A DNA stretch of 64,000 bases, from assembly GCA_050298055.1 (NCBI GenBank), contig JBNKTL010000002.1, positions 32,001 through 96,000 on the forward strand, read 5' to 3'. The position numbers and the translations under genes are program-made. This DNA is from Spirochaetota bacterium. GTDB lineage: Bacteria > Spirochaetota > UBA4802 > UBA5550. The notes under the pieces were generated by a model. The model was not told the DNA's origin, did not search any database, and was given only the letters and a program-made list of their open reading frames with translations. This document shows positions 46,417 through 55,494 of this stretch, in pieces (the first letter of the stretch is position 1; each line of letters begins with the position of its first letter).

Positions 46417-49400
46417 ATGAAAACAGCACACAGGATTATCATATATATGATTCTGAGCTTTCTCCTGCTTATTGAGTGCGGAGGAGGTTTCGCAATAAAA
46501 GACGGAGGTGTGGATCTCGGTTCATATAATAAATACCGGAAAGAAAACGGTACCCTTGATTTCAGTAAAATCGAAGATTCCTCTCCCCTTGAAATTGTTC
46601 TGCAGCAGGCCCATACAAAACGAGTGGATGATATGGCGGTCTCCCCCGACGGTAAATTTGTTGTTACCGCGTCCTATGACAATACAATAAGAATCTGGGA
46701 CCTGAAAGGCACCCTTATCCGGAATATCAAACCTGATTTTCTCTATCCCCACGATATAAACCTGAAAATAACCCCTGACGGGAGCAGGATCATTGCGCGT
46801 CTCTTTAAAAGCTGGTTCAATAACAAAAAGAAGAAGAGCGAAAAAGAGGGCGTTATCTACGAATACAGCATGGGAGGCAAACTGATAAAGAAACTTGATC
46901 CCGTTGAAGAAAGAATCGGAAATTATAATATCAGCCCCGACGGAAAATATATTGTAAGCTATAACTGGAACACGAAAGACAGGAAGGACAATACCTGGTA
47001 TAACTATATTCACCTCAGGGACAGGAACTGGAAGATCATAAAGTCATTTAAAATGGGAAGCAGCTGGCCCCTCTATTTTGTTGATTTTACTCCTGACAGC
47101 AAGCATCTCATAGCATGCAGAACATATAAGAACCGTGACGGCTGGATGTCCTACGCCGGCATATGGGACTTTCAGGGAAGGCTTATAAAAGACCTGGAAC
47201 TGAAAAAACCCCTGGGGATCGGTGAATCGGAAGAGGACCGGGATTTTATCAAGAGTTCGGCACTGGTAAACTTCGATAAAACCGGCAGGATGCTTGCGAT
47301 TATCGGAATAAACGGCAGGATAAACATCAGGAGCATGGACGGGAAGCTCATAAGGAAGATGGAGACCCGGCTGGAAATGCCCCACTGGCAGAGAACCAAT
47401 CTCCTCAGTATCGGCTTTTCCCCCGATGGAAAGGATATCTGGATCGGTAGTAAAGGAAACATAGAAGTCCTGGACAGCCGCGGCATGAGGAAACAGAAAA
47501 TACGTTTGGGGGATGTCTGGCCAATCAGGTTTACCCCCGACAAAAAGCACATCATCGGCGCCACACCGGACGGTGACCTGAAAATATGGGACAGCAGGGG
47601 CATCCTGGAACAGGAAGTCTCAAACCCCAACCTGGAAATATCCGAGTTAACCGTATCACCGGACAGCAGGAGAATTATATGTGAATTTGAAAGGTCGAGA
47701 CAGACCAGCTACAAACGCTCCCTGATCTGGGATGTTGCGGAAAACAGCTTTAACTATATCGAAGGGGAAGCCGGCTTTGTTAAGGGCGACAGGGAATACA
47801 GAATAATCAACGGCAGGCTTGCCGCGGTGGACAGAAGGTTCATGCTCACTCAAAAAACAAAAGACCTGGACTACAACAGGTACTTCTTCATTCCTGACGG
47901 AAAGATCGCAAAAATTAAGGGAAGCATGCATCTTTACTACACCATCATGATCTATAATCCCGACGGTTCCCCTTACCAGACAATACATATCGGGCTTAAG
48001 TCTTCTGCGCAGAGGTTCAGGTTCAGTCCCGACGGAGAGTATTTTGCTCTTTATAAGGGTTCCGTCTACAGAAAATCCCTTGAGCTTTACAGCAGACCCA
48101 AGGGAAAAATCATAAAACAATTCACGTTTGACCATGAAAAAACCATCTATGGACTGGCAATTGGCCCCGAAAGTGAATATATTGCCGCCGGGTATGGCGG
48201 CGGGGATATTGATATCTGGGAGCGAAGCGGGGGAAAGCTCACCACACTCCGTGGCCACAATATGAGAGTGCTGGGTCTTGCATTTACATCTGACAGAAAA
48301 TTTCTCGTGTCCTCCTCCCAGGACAAAACAATCCGCGTGTGGAATATTAAAACCGGGGAATCTGTTACCATAATGGCATTTGATGCTGACAGATGGGTTG
48401 CCTACGACCGGGACGGCCGATTTGACTGTTCAACACGGGGACGGGACTATGTTAAATTCGTTAAAGGATTTTCAGTATTCAGTTTTCAACAGTTCTGGAA
48501 TGATTTCTATACCCCCGGGCTCATCGCACGATTCATGGGAGGCAGGAAGTTCCGGAAACTCAATATAATGAGAAAGGTCAATAACGCACCCCGTGTCACA
48601 GTTGAAACAGTGAAGAAAACCATCAGGGAATCGGAAGCCAAAACCGCAACAATCAAGGTATGCGCAGAGGCCCGGGATAACGGGATTGGCGAGATATTCC
48701 TCTTCCATAACGGGAGAGCTGTTGGTGAAAAGACACGGGGCCTTCAGGTTAAAGGGATTGGAGGATGTAAAAATTTTACCGTTCAGCTCTTACCCGGCGA
48801 AAACTCTTTTTCCGGCGCGGCATACGACAAAGAAAACCTCGTCTATGGCAGGAGCGGCGAAAAAAATATCCGCTTCATACCCCGCGAGATCAAAAAACCG
48901 AATATGTATATACTGGCAGCGGGAGTCAGCAGGTACAGGGACAGAAACCTGAATCTCGGTTCCCCGGCTGATGATGCAAACGCGGTATCCCGTACGTTCA
49001 GTTCAACCGCGTCCACCCTTTACGGGGAAGTAAAAGGGATAACTCTTGTCAACAGCAGAGCAACCGCCCGTAATATTAAAGCCGCAATGAATAAAATTGC
49101 CGAATCTGCGGAGAAATCGGATACGATTATACTCTTCTTCGCAGGCCACGGTGACACTGAGAAGGGCACCTATTACTACCTCCCCTACGATGCCGATATC
49201 ACAAACCTTGACAAAACATCTCTCTCAATTAATATAATCAACTCAGCTGTACGCAGGTTCCCGGCAAATAAAATTGCCATATTTTTTGATACATGTAAAA
49301 GCGGCGCCGCGACCAGGAGCCTGAGCATCATTGCCCTGGAGAGAGGTTACGAAGACAGAAAGATCATTGCGAACCTGGCCAAGGAGAGGGGAATTGTGGT

Positions 49401-49656
49401 ATTTTCCGCTTCAAGTAAAACAGAGTCCGCCTATGAAATAAAGAGCCTGAAACATGGGATATTCACATACTGCCTTCTTGACGCCCTCAACAACAGACGA
49501 TCTGAGATATCAAACGGAAACCTGATCAGCATTGGTAAACTCCTGAGTTTTGTAAACAGGGAAACACGGGAGATTGCTTTTAAACATCTGAAAATTGAAC
49601 AGACTCCCATCATCTACATATTCGGACATGATTTCAGTCTTGGAAGGATTGATTAA
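46417..49656 (+). CDS. WD40-repeat, Ig-like linker and caspase (peptidase C14) domain protein, probable lipoprotein
   Basis: Signal peptide ending LLIE-C; WD repeats (HTKRVDDMAVSPDG..TASYDNTIRIWD; GHNMRVLGLAF..SSSQDKTIRVWN); FFAGHG and FDTCKSG catalytic dyad. Confidence 0.9.
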   Translation: MKTAHRIIIYMILSFLLLIECGGGFAIKDGGVDLGSYNKYRKENGTLDFSKIEDSSPLEIVLQQAHTKRVDDMAVSPDGKFVVTASYDNTIRIWDLKGTLIRNIKPDFLYPHDINLKITPDGSRIIARLFKSWFNNKKKKSEKEGVIYEYSMGGKLIKKLDPVEERIGNYNISPDGKYIVSYNWNTKDRKDNTWYNYIHLRDRNWKIIKSFKMGSSWPLYFVDFTPDSKHLIACRTYKNRDGWMSYAGIWDFQGRLIKDLELKKPLGIGESEEDRDFIKSSALVNFDKTGRMLAIIGINGRINIRSMDGKLIRKMETRLEMPHWQRTNLLSIGFSPDGKDIWIGSKGNIEVLDSRGMRKQKIRLGDVWPIRFTPDKKHIIGATPDGDLKIWDSRGILEQEVSNPNLEISELTVSPDSRRIICEFERSRQTSYKRSLIWDVAENSFNYIEGEAGFVKGDREYRIINGRLAAVDRRFMLTQKTKDLDYNRYFFIPDGKIAKIKGSMHLYYTIMIYNPDGSPYQTIHIGLKSSAQRFRFSPDGEYFALYKGSVYRKSLELYSRPKGKIIKQFTFDHEKTIYGLAIGPESEYIAAGYGGGDIDIWERSGGKLTTLRGHNMRVLGLAFTSDRKFLVSSSQDKTIRVWNIKTGESVTIMAFDADRWVAYDRDGRFDCSTRGRDYVKFVKGFSVFSFQQFWNDFYTPGLIARFMGGRKFRKLNIMRKVNNAPRVTVETVKKTIRESEAKTATIKVCAEARDNGIGEIFLFHNGRAVGEKTRGLQVKGIGGCKNFTVQLLPGENSFSGAAYDKENLVYGRSGEKNIRFIPREIKKPNMYILAAGVSRYRDRNLNLGSPADDANAVSRTFSSTASTLYGEVKGITLVNSRATARNIKAAMNKIAESAEKSDTIILFFAGHGDTEKGTYYYLPYDADITNLDKTSLSINIINSAVRRFPANKIAIFFDTCKSGAATRSLSIIALERGYEDRKIIANLAKERGIVVFSASSKTESAYEIKSLKHGIFTYCLLDALNNRRSEISNGNLISIGKLLSFVNRETREIAFKHLKIEQTPIIYIFGHDFSLGRID

Positions 49657-51305
49657 TCCGTAACCTCTTCTCCCCTGATATATTTAATTTTCTGAACGTA
49701 ATAGCTTACAATGAGCATCACTGTTCCTATACCGGTAAAGAGAAGAATCCTCCATATTGCATCAAGCTGTTTCATGTCATAAAAAAAGAGCTTCCCCACA
49801 ACCAGGAACATTGTAATCACAGAAAGTCTGCTGAGAAAGAGACTCCGGTACCTGAAACCAATAATATAGAGTATTACAACATAGAGGCTCCAGAGCAGGG
49901 TTACATATCCTCCGGTACCCGTTAACAGTAAGACACCCTCAAATATCCAGAGCATGAAAAGGAGATGGGTACTTGAAAAAAAGAGCCGGGCGTGGGTCCT
50001 GTTGGTAATGAACTTAACAGAGACCAGGAGCAGCAGAATGGAGAAAAAGTTTGCAAGAGTTTCAGACACTGCGGGAGAAATGTCAAAATATTCATATGTT
50101 ATAATCCTGACAAATATCCATACCCTTAAAATGACAAAAAGACAGTAAGAACCAAGGAGTATATCTCTCTCCCTGACGCGGTGTGTCAGGTAATGAAGTG
50201 CAAGTGCAACAAGGGAGAGCACAACAAGCAGAATGTTCCCTTCAAGATAAAAGAGCAGGGCCAGAACAAAAAGGAGCAGTGCCACCTTCCCCTGGGTCTT
50301 TATTATTTCGGGAATTTCCTTTTTTTTGTAATACACGACAAATATAAATCCGTGAAGAACTGCAAATATAAGTGAAATGGTGCCCCAGAGAGAGTCCGGA
50401 TAATTCCAGAGAAGCCGGGTAAGATAAAGGGAGATAAGCGGGGAAAAGACAAAAACAAGATGATGTCTGCCAGGCATGCTGAAATCATCCTTATTCCTGA
50501 TGGCCGGAACAAGAGGACCCAGCCAGAAAATGAAAAATGAAAGAGTTATACCGGACTGTAAGGCTATCCTGTTTGCAATGACAGGATCAAGTAAGACTCC
50601 CCTGATAAAGAGTATATAATAAATCAACCACCCCCCTGCCGCAGATGACCAGAGAAGAATGTACCATCGCCTGAAATTGAAGATGAGGATACTTCCCATG
50701 AGGATAAGCAGTGTATAGGTCACTACTGTTATAATATCCCCTATCCCCGTGTAGAGAAGAAAGGGTGTACCCAGCCCCCCTATTACAGCTGTTACCGAAA
50801 GTGCTTCCTCGCTGTAACGGATTGAAAGGAAAAACGAGTGAAGGGTTATCAAAACCATGAAAACAAAAGAGACCGCAAAAGGAAAGAGCTTCAACAGATA
50901 AAAGGATGCAAATACGGTTATGTAGAGAGTTGCAATTCCACCTCCGAACATCAGCTGGCTGAATCCCCGGTTTTTATCATAGGTCCTGTACCCGATAAAT
51001 GACAGAACAAAACCGAGGATGAAACCCATTGCGGATCTGACAACCGGTGTTATCCATCCCTGTTCAATTGAGTATTTGAAAAAATAAGCGACTCCAAAGA
51101 GGAGCAGGGATATTCCTATCCTGTTAAACCATCTATCTACACGGGAAAAACTTGAATCAGGTGATTTTACATCATCCAGCAGGATATTATCAAGCACCGT
51201 ATTTATCCTGCCCCGGGTATTCAGTTGACTGTTAAGACTCTCAACTTTTTCTTCAAGGTCATTAAGCCGCTCATTGAACTTTTTTAGCTGATCTTTATTC
51301 ATCAT
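49653..51305 (-). CDS. DUF2339 predicted membrane protein
   Basis: WFNRIGI..LLFGVAYFFKYSIEQGWITP..R, GGLGTPFL and VGKLFFYD...LDAIWRILLF. Confidence 0.88.
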   Translation of the reverse strand: MMNKDQLKKFNERLNDLEEKVESLNSQLNTRGRINTVLDNILLDDVKSPDSSFSRVDRWFNRIGISLLLFGVAYFFKYSIEQGWITPVVRSAMGFILGFVLSFIGYRTYDKNRGFSQLMFGGGIATLYITVFASFYLLKLFPFAVSFVFMVLITLHSFFLSIRYSEEALSVTAVIGGLGTPFLLYTGIGDIITVVTYTLLILMGSILIFNFRRWYILLWSSAAGGWLIYYILFIRGVLLDPVIANRIALQSGITLSFFIFWLGPLVPAIRNKDDFSMPGRHHLVFVFSPLISLYLTRLLWNYPDSLWGTISLIFAVLHGFIFVVYYKKKEIPEIIKTQGKVALLLFVLALLFYLEGNILLVVLSLVALALHYLTHRVRERDILLGSYCLFVILRVWIFVRIITYEYFDISPAVSETLANFFSILLLLVSVKFITNRTHARLFFSSTHLLFMLWIFEGVLLLTGTGGYVTLLWSLYVVILYIIGFRYRSLFLSRLSVITMFLVVGKLFFYDMKQLDAIWRILLFTGIGTVMLIVSYYVQKIKYIRGEEVTD

Positions 51306-51374
51306 ATCCCCACAAATAACTCATTGCGAATAATTTCAACAATAGTAATAAATTACAAGAAATTTCTTGACACT

Positions 51375-51392
51375 ATATACCGCTTGGTATAT
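51375..51392. promoter_or_regulatory. Palindromic operator overlapping the tetR promoter
   Basis: ATATACC-GCTT-GGTATAT between TTGACA (51367) and the -10 region; related site ATATACC-CGGT-GGTAGAA at 52036-52053. Confidence 0.7.
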
Positions 51393-51420
51393 TTTATTAA
51401 TATACCATCGTGAAACGAGA

Positions 51421-52020
51421 ATGAGAATGGGCAAATCCGAAGAAACGAGACAGTATATTATCGAAAAGGCATCACTCCTCTTCAACAAGCTCGGCTACGA
51501 GGGGACATCCCTCAATGATATAACCGAAGCCGTGGGAATGACCAAGGGTGCCATTTACGGGAACTTCAAAAACAAGGACGAGATCGCACTGGAATCCCTC
51601 AACTACAACATGAGGCAGATAACCGAACCAATAATCAGTGAGATAAAGAAACAGTATACAGCCATTGATAAACTCAAGGCCTATGCCGGGGCCTATAGCA
51701 AGTATTTTAATGAGATTGCGGCAATGGGAGGATGTCCCCTGCTTAATGCCGCAACAGACTCAGATGACGGTAACCCGCTCTTAAAGAAAAAGGTTCTTGA
51801 TTTTATAAAGATGTGGCATGAAACAGTCGTGCGGATCACAAAAAGGGGGATACGGAGAAAGGAGATACATGAAAAAACCGATCCGGAAAGTTTTGCATCA
51901 CTCTTTATCACACTGATCGAAGGCGGCATCATGCTTTCCAAGACAACCGGTGATAAAAAGCATGTAGAGGAAGCCATCAAGCATATCATTGACCATATCG
52001 AAAACCGGTTGAAGGTCTGA
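51421..52020 (+). CDS. TetR/AcrR-family regulator (LmrA/YxaF-like)
   Basis: FNKLGYEGTSLNDITEAVGMTKGAIYGNFKNKDE and GGCPLLN. Start ATG 51421 or 51427. Confidence 0.93.
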   Translation: MRMGKSEETRQYIIEKASLLFNKLGYEGTSLNDITEAVGMTKGAIYGNFKNKDEIALESLNYNMRQITEPIISEIKKQYTAIDKLKAYAGAYSKYFNEIAAMGGCPLLNAATDSDDGNPLLKKKVLDFIKMWHETVVRITKRGIRRKEIHEKTDPESFASLFITLIEGGIMLSKTTGDKKHVEEAIKHIIDHIENRLKV

Positions 52021-52073
52021 TTTTTTGCAAATAAAATATACCCGGTGGTAGAAAAAGATAAATTACAATTCAG

Positions 52074-52212
52074 GTTACTATTCAGTTATATGGCTATAAT
52101 CAACCTATTGACTAAAATATAAACAATATGTCCCCACCGCCGAAGACGGCGGGGACATGCCGGTTAGCTTTTTAATGAATATGATTGTTCTTAAACATAG
52201 TTGAGTAGTTAC
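52074..52212 (-). mobile_element. MITE copy I (reverse orientation, 139 bp)
   Basis: GTTACTATTCAGTTATA...ATAGTTGAGTAGTTAC ends; core ATGTCCCCACCG-CCGAAGA-CGGCGGGGACAT. Confidence 0.88.
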
Positions 52213-52238
52213 CAATATAAAATAAGGAGATACTAATC

Positions 52239-53330
52239 ATGGAAAATATAAATGATGTATACAGGAAACTTCAGCAGCACCTTGACAAACTTCCCGTAGG
52301 ATACCCTGCCACAGAATCGGGAGTTGAGATCAGGCTGCTCAAACACCTCTTTGAACCCGGGGAAGCAGAGCTCGCGACCCGCTTATCCCTGATACCTGAA
52401 CCTCTTGAAAGCCTCTATCCGAAATTTGAGGGACTTGGCCTCAGCGAGGAGAAAGCGGAAGAGATGCTCAACAGGCTTTCGGAAAAAGGGGCCATAACAG
52501 GAACAAAAAATCACAGGACAGGCAGGATGGTCTACGCGAATGCCCTGCTTGCCGTGGGCATATTTGAATACCAGGTCGGCAGGCTGACCAAAGATTTCGC
52601 GAAAGATTTCCAGGAATATATGCACGGGGAATTTAAAGAAGAAGTTATAAGAACACCCCATCCCCAGATGAGAACCATCCCCATCGAAAAAAGCATTAAA
52701 GTCGACAACTTTATCGCCACATATGATGATATAAGAGAACTTATTAAATCCAGGGATTATTTTTCGGTAGCAAACTGCGTATGCAGAGAAAGTAATGAAC
52801 TGCTTGATAACAACTGCACACATCCCAGGGAAACATGCCTTCAGTTCGGGGGAGTAGCCAGGATGTATGTGGAAAAAGGCCTTGCGCGGGAAATAACAAA
52901 AGAGGAATCACTCGGCATTCTGGAGAGAGCACAGGAGGAGGGACTTGTTCTGCAGCCGACAAACTCAAAAAAACCCAATTATATCTGTTGCTGCTGCGGC
53001 TGCGCATGCGAGATACTCACAACGGCCAAAAGACTTCCCCGGCCTTCGGAATTCTTCGCCACCAACCATTTCTCATATGTTGACGCAGATTCCTGTACCG
53101 GCTGCGGTTCCTGTGTGGACATATGCCCCATGGAAGCACTGGAGATCGTTAATGACATATCTGTAGTTGACCTCCACAGGTGTATTGGCTGCGGCGTCTG
53201 TGTACCCGCCTGTCCTTCCGATGCAATCGAACTCAGGAAAAAGGGTGAAGAGAGAGTACCTCCTGAAAATACTGTGGACCTCTACATGAAGATAATGCAG
53301 GATAAAGCAAAACTGACAGACGGTAAATAA
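52239..53330 (+). CDS. 4Fe-4S dicluster domain protein with additional Cys clusters
   Basis: CTGCGSCVDICP and CIGCGVCVPACP ferredoxin motifs; also CVCR, ETCLQF and ICCCCGCAC. Confidence 0.9.
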   Translation: MENINDVYRKLQQHLDKLPVGYPATESGVEIRLLKHLFEPGEAELATRLSLIPEPLESLYPKFEGLGLSEEKAEEMLNRLSEKGAITGTKNHRTGRMVYANALLAVGIFEYQVGRLTKDFAKDFQEYMHGEFKEEVIRTPHPQMRTIPIEKSIKVDNFIATYDDIRELIKSRDYFSVANCVCRESNELLDNNCTHPRETCLQFGGVARMYVEKGLAREITKEESLGILERAQEEGLVLQPTNSKKPNYICCCCGCACEILTTAKRLPRPSEFFATNHFSYVDADSCTGCGSCVDICPMEALEIVNDISVVDLHRCIGCGVCVPACPSDAIELRKKGEERVPPENTVDLYMKIMQDKAKLTDGK

Positions 53331-53435
53331 CGGGAATCTCCGCCAACTATTAATCATTTAATAAAATTTTCTTGACAAATTTTTAAAATGATTATTACTC
53401 TAACCTGAATCCATTACAACCAGCGGTCAATTCTG

Positions 53436-54308
53436 ATGAAATCAGAAATAGACAAACATGCGAAAAAAGTAGAAAAGTTCTACTCTACGGGTCACGGTGT
53501 TGCCGACCTGTCAGAGGATGAAAACCAAAAGGAGAATTCCGAATTCCTCTCTTTCGGCTACTGGTATAATAATACAAAATCTTATCATGACGCCGCCATC
53601 AACCTCATAGATTACGTTATCCACAGAAGCAAAATAACAAAACCGGACCGGATACTGAATGTTACCTGTGGTTATGGAGCGGAAACATTTTTATACTACA
53701 AAAAGATCAGGCCTGAGATAATTGACGGTATTGATATCACTAAAAAACATGTTGACTATGCCAATCAGAAAGCAAAGCGGCTGAAGCTGGATAAAAATGT
53801 CAGGTTCTTTTACGGAGATGCAGTCAAACTTAAATTTCCGGATAACATTTATTCACATATAATCGGTATTGAGGGCCCGGTACATTTCAGCTGCAGAAAC
53901 GAATTCTTCAAATCTTCTTTCAGGGTGCTAAAAAAAGGCGGGGAGCTTATACTAACAGATATTATTGGGAAAAACGAAAACAGCAACAAAAGCAAATATC
54001 TCTGCCTTCTTACCGATATGACAGCCCGGCTGTGGCAGGTCCCAAAATATAATTTAATAAGCGATTCTCAATACAGGGAGCAGCTCCGTAATGCAAATCT
54101 TGAGATTATTGACTTTCAAAGAATAGGGCAAAATGTTTTTCCCGGTTATTCAATGAATGTTTTTTGTATTAATACAATAAAAACCAGGATAAAACAAAGG
54201 GGATTTATTGCAACAATCGGGCTTTCCCTGATCTCTCTCGTTCTGAAACATCTTCATAAGAATGGAATGATAGACTATATATTTGTAAGGGCCGTGAAAA
54301 CAGGATGA
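53436..54308 (+). CDS. Class I SAM-dependent methyltransferase (small-molecule, sterol/tocopherol-methyltransferase-like)
   Basis: LSFGYW, ILNVTCGYG, GIDIT, GDAVKLKFPD and RVLKKGGELILTD. Confidence 0.88.
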   Translation: MKSEIDKHAKKVEKFYSTGHGVADLSEDENQKENSEFLSFGYWYNNTKSYHDAAINLIDYVIHRSKITKPDRILNVTCGYGAETFLYYKKIRPEIIDGIDITKKHVDYANQKAKRLKLDKNVRFFYGDAVKLKFPDNIYSHIIGIEGPVHFSCRNEFFKSSFRVLKKGGELILTDIIGKNENSNKSKYLCLLTDMTARLWQVPKYNLISDSQYREQLRNANLEIIDFQRIGQNVFPGYSMNVFCINTIKTRIKQRGFIATIGLSLISLVLKHLHKNGMIDYIFVRAVKTG

Positions 54309-54309
54309 T

Positions 54310-55338
54310 ATGAAAATAAACAGCATGAAATCAAAATATGAATGGCTGTACAGAGGATTGCAGGATTCTTTTCTGGTGGGAGAGATCAACGGAAGAACCC
54401 TGGTTCCGCCAATATACTTAAATGATAAGAAATTCGGAAAGTCATGGCAATGGCCCCTGGTTCTTGAGGTCGTTGTTAAAAAATGCGGTTTAATTTCCCT
54501 TAAAGCAAGCAGGTTATCAAAAAAAAGATTATTCAATACTGACAAATATAAAGGTAAATTTATATTAAATGTAAATTTCTCCTGCGGTTATCACAGGTTA
54601 AACGAAAGAAGTTCATACTGCGATCCTTTTTCACACTGGTTTAATGTTTTTTTTGGTTATTACCAGATTGACGTTCCAAAATCAAGATGGGACCGGCCTT
54701 TCGCTTATATGAGCAGCAAACCCGGCAGTAAAATAAACGGAGAGGATATGCACAGAATCGCAAAGGCTGATTGGAACTACTACTCCAACTATATGTATGG
54801 AGTCCCGGAAGAGAAGATACTCGAACACAACTGCAATTCCCTTGATGACAGCGGCTTCTCCTTTTACCAGGAGAAAAACCGAATAAAAATCGGGAAGAAG
54901 TACTGGGATTATGCGGAACTTAATAATTTCACTGTAATATCCGCATATCAGTCCCAACAGGGTGATGAACTGGTTGATAACAGCAAACTTTCACCAATCT
55001 GGAGAGATTGTTTTGGATTACCGAATCCCCGAAAAGAATTTCCGGAGAGTTTTTTCCCCACAAAGATGAAAACAGCGATGTATATGTCTTTCGATGAGAG
55101 ATATGACCCTGACCTCAAGGAAAAAGCATACAGTACATATGTATTCGGCGGATCAATAAACATCAATTACCCTGACTACATGACAATAAACAAAAACCTA
55201 TCCGGGGAAAAACTTAAAAAGAAAAAAAGAGAGCTTGAAAGGTTCAACAATGATTTTCTCAACCTGCAGTTAAAAAACACAAGAGAGCTTATTGAAGATG
55301 AATATGAAAACCTGGGATTTGATAATCCCGGAAAATAA
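54310..55338 (+). CDS. Hypothetical protein co-transcribed with the methyltransferase
   Basis: 342-aa aromatic-rich ORF starting 1 bp after the upstream stop; no motif recognised. Confidence 0.7.
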   Translation: MKINSMKSKYEWLYRGLQDSFLVGEINGRTLVPPIYLNDKKFGKSWQWPLVLEVVVKKCGLISLKASRLSKKRLFNTDKYKGKFILNVNFSCGYHRLNERSSYCDPFSHWFNVFFGYYQIDVPKSRWDRPFAYMSSKPGSKINGEDMHRIAKADWNYYSNYMYGVPEEKILEHNCNSLDDSGFSFYQEKNRIKIGKKYWDYAELNNFTVISAYQSQQGDELVDNSKLSPIWRDCFGLPNPRKEFPESFFPTKMKTAMYMSFDERYDPDLKEKAYSTYVFGGSININYPDYMTINKNLSGEKLKKKKRELERFNNDFLNLQLKNTRELIEDEYENLGFDNPGK

Positions 55339-55494
55339 TGACCTGCTATAAAAAAAAGCCTCCATTTATATCAATAACTCAAAACTCAATCATTAATCAG
55401 CTTTTTTATTGACTTAGCCCTATTATCATAATAAAATTCACAAAGCAGTTAAAATTCTACAGACGATAACTCAATAGACCAGCATATTGTATCC

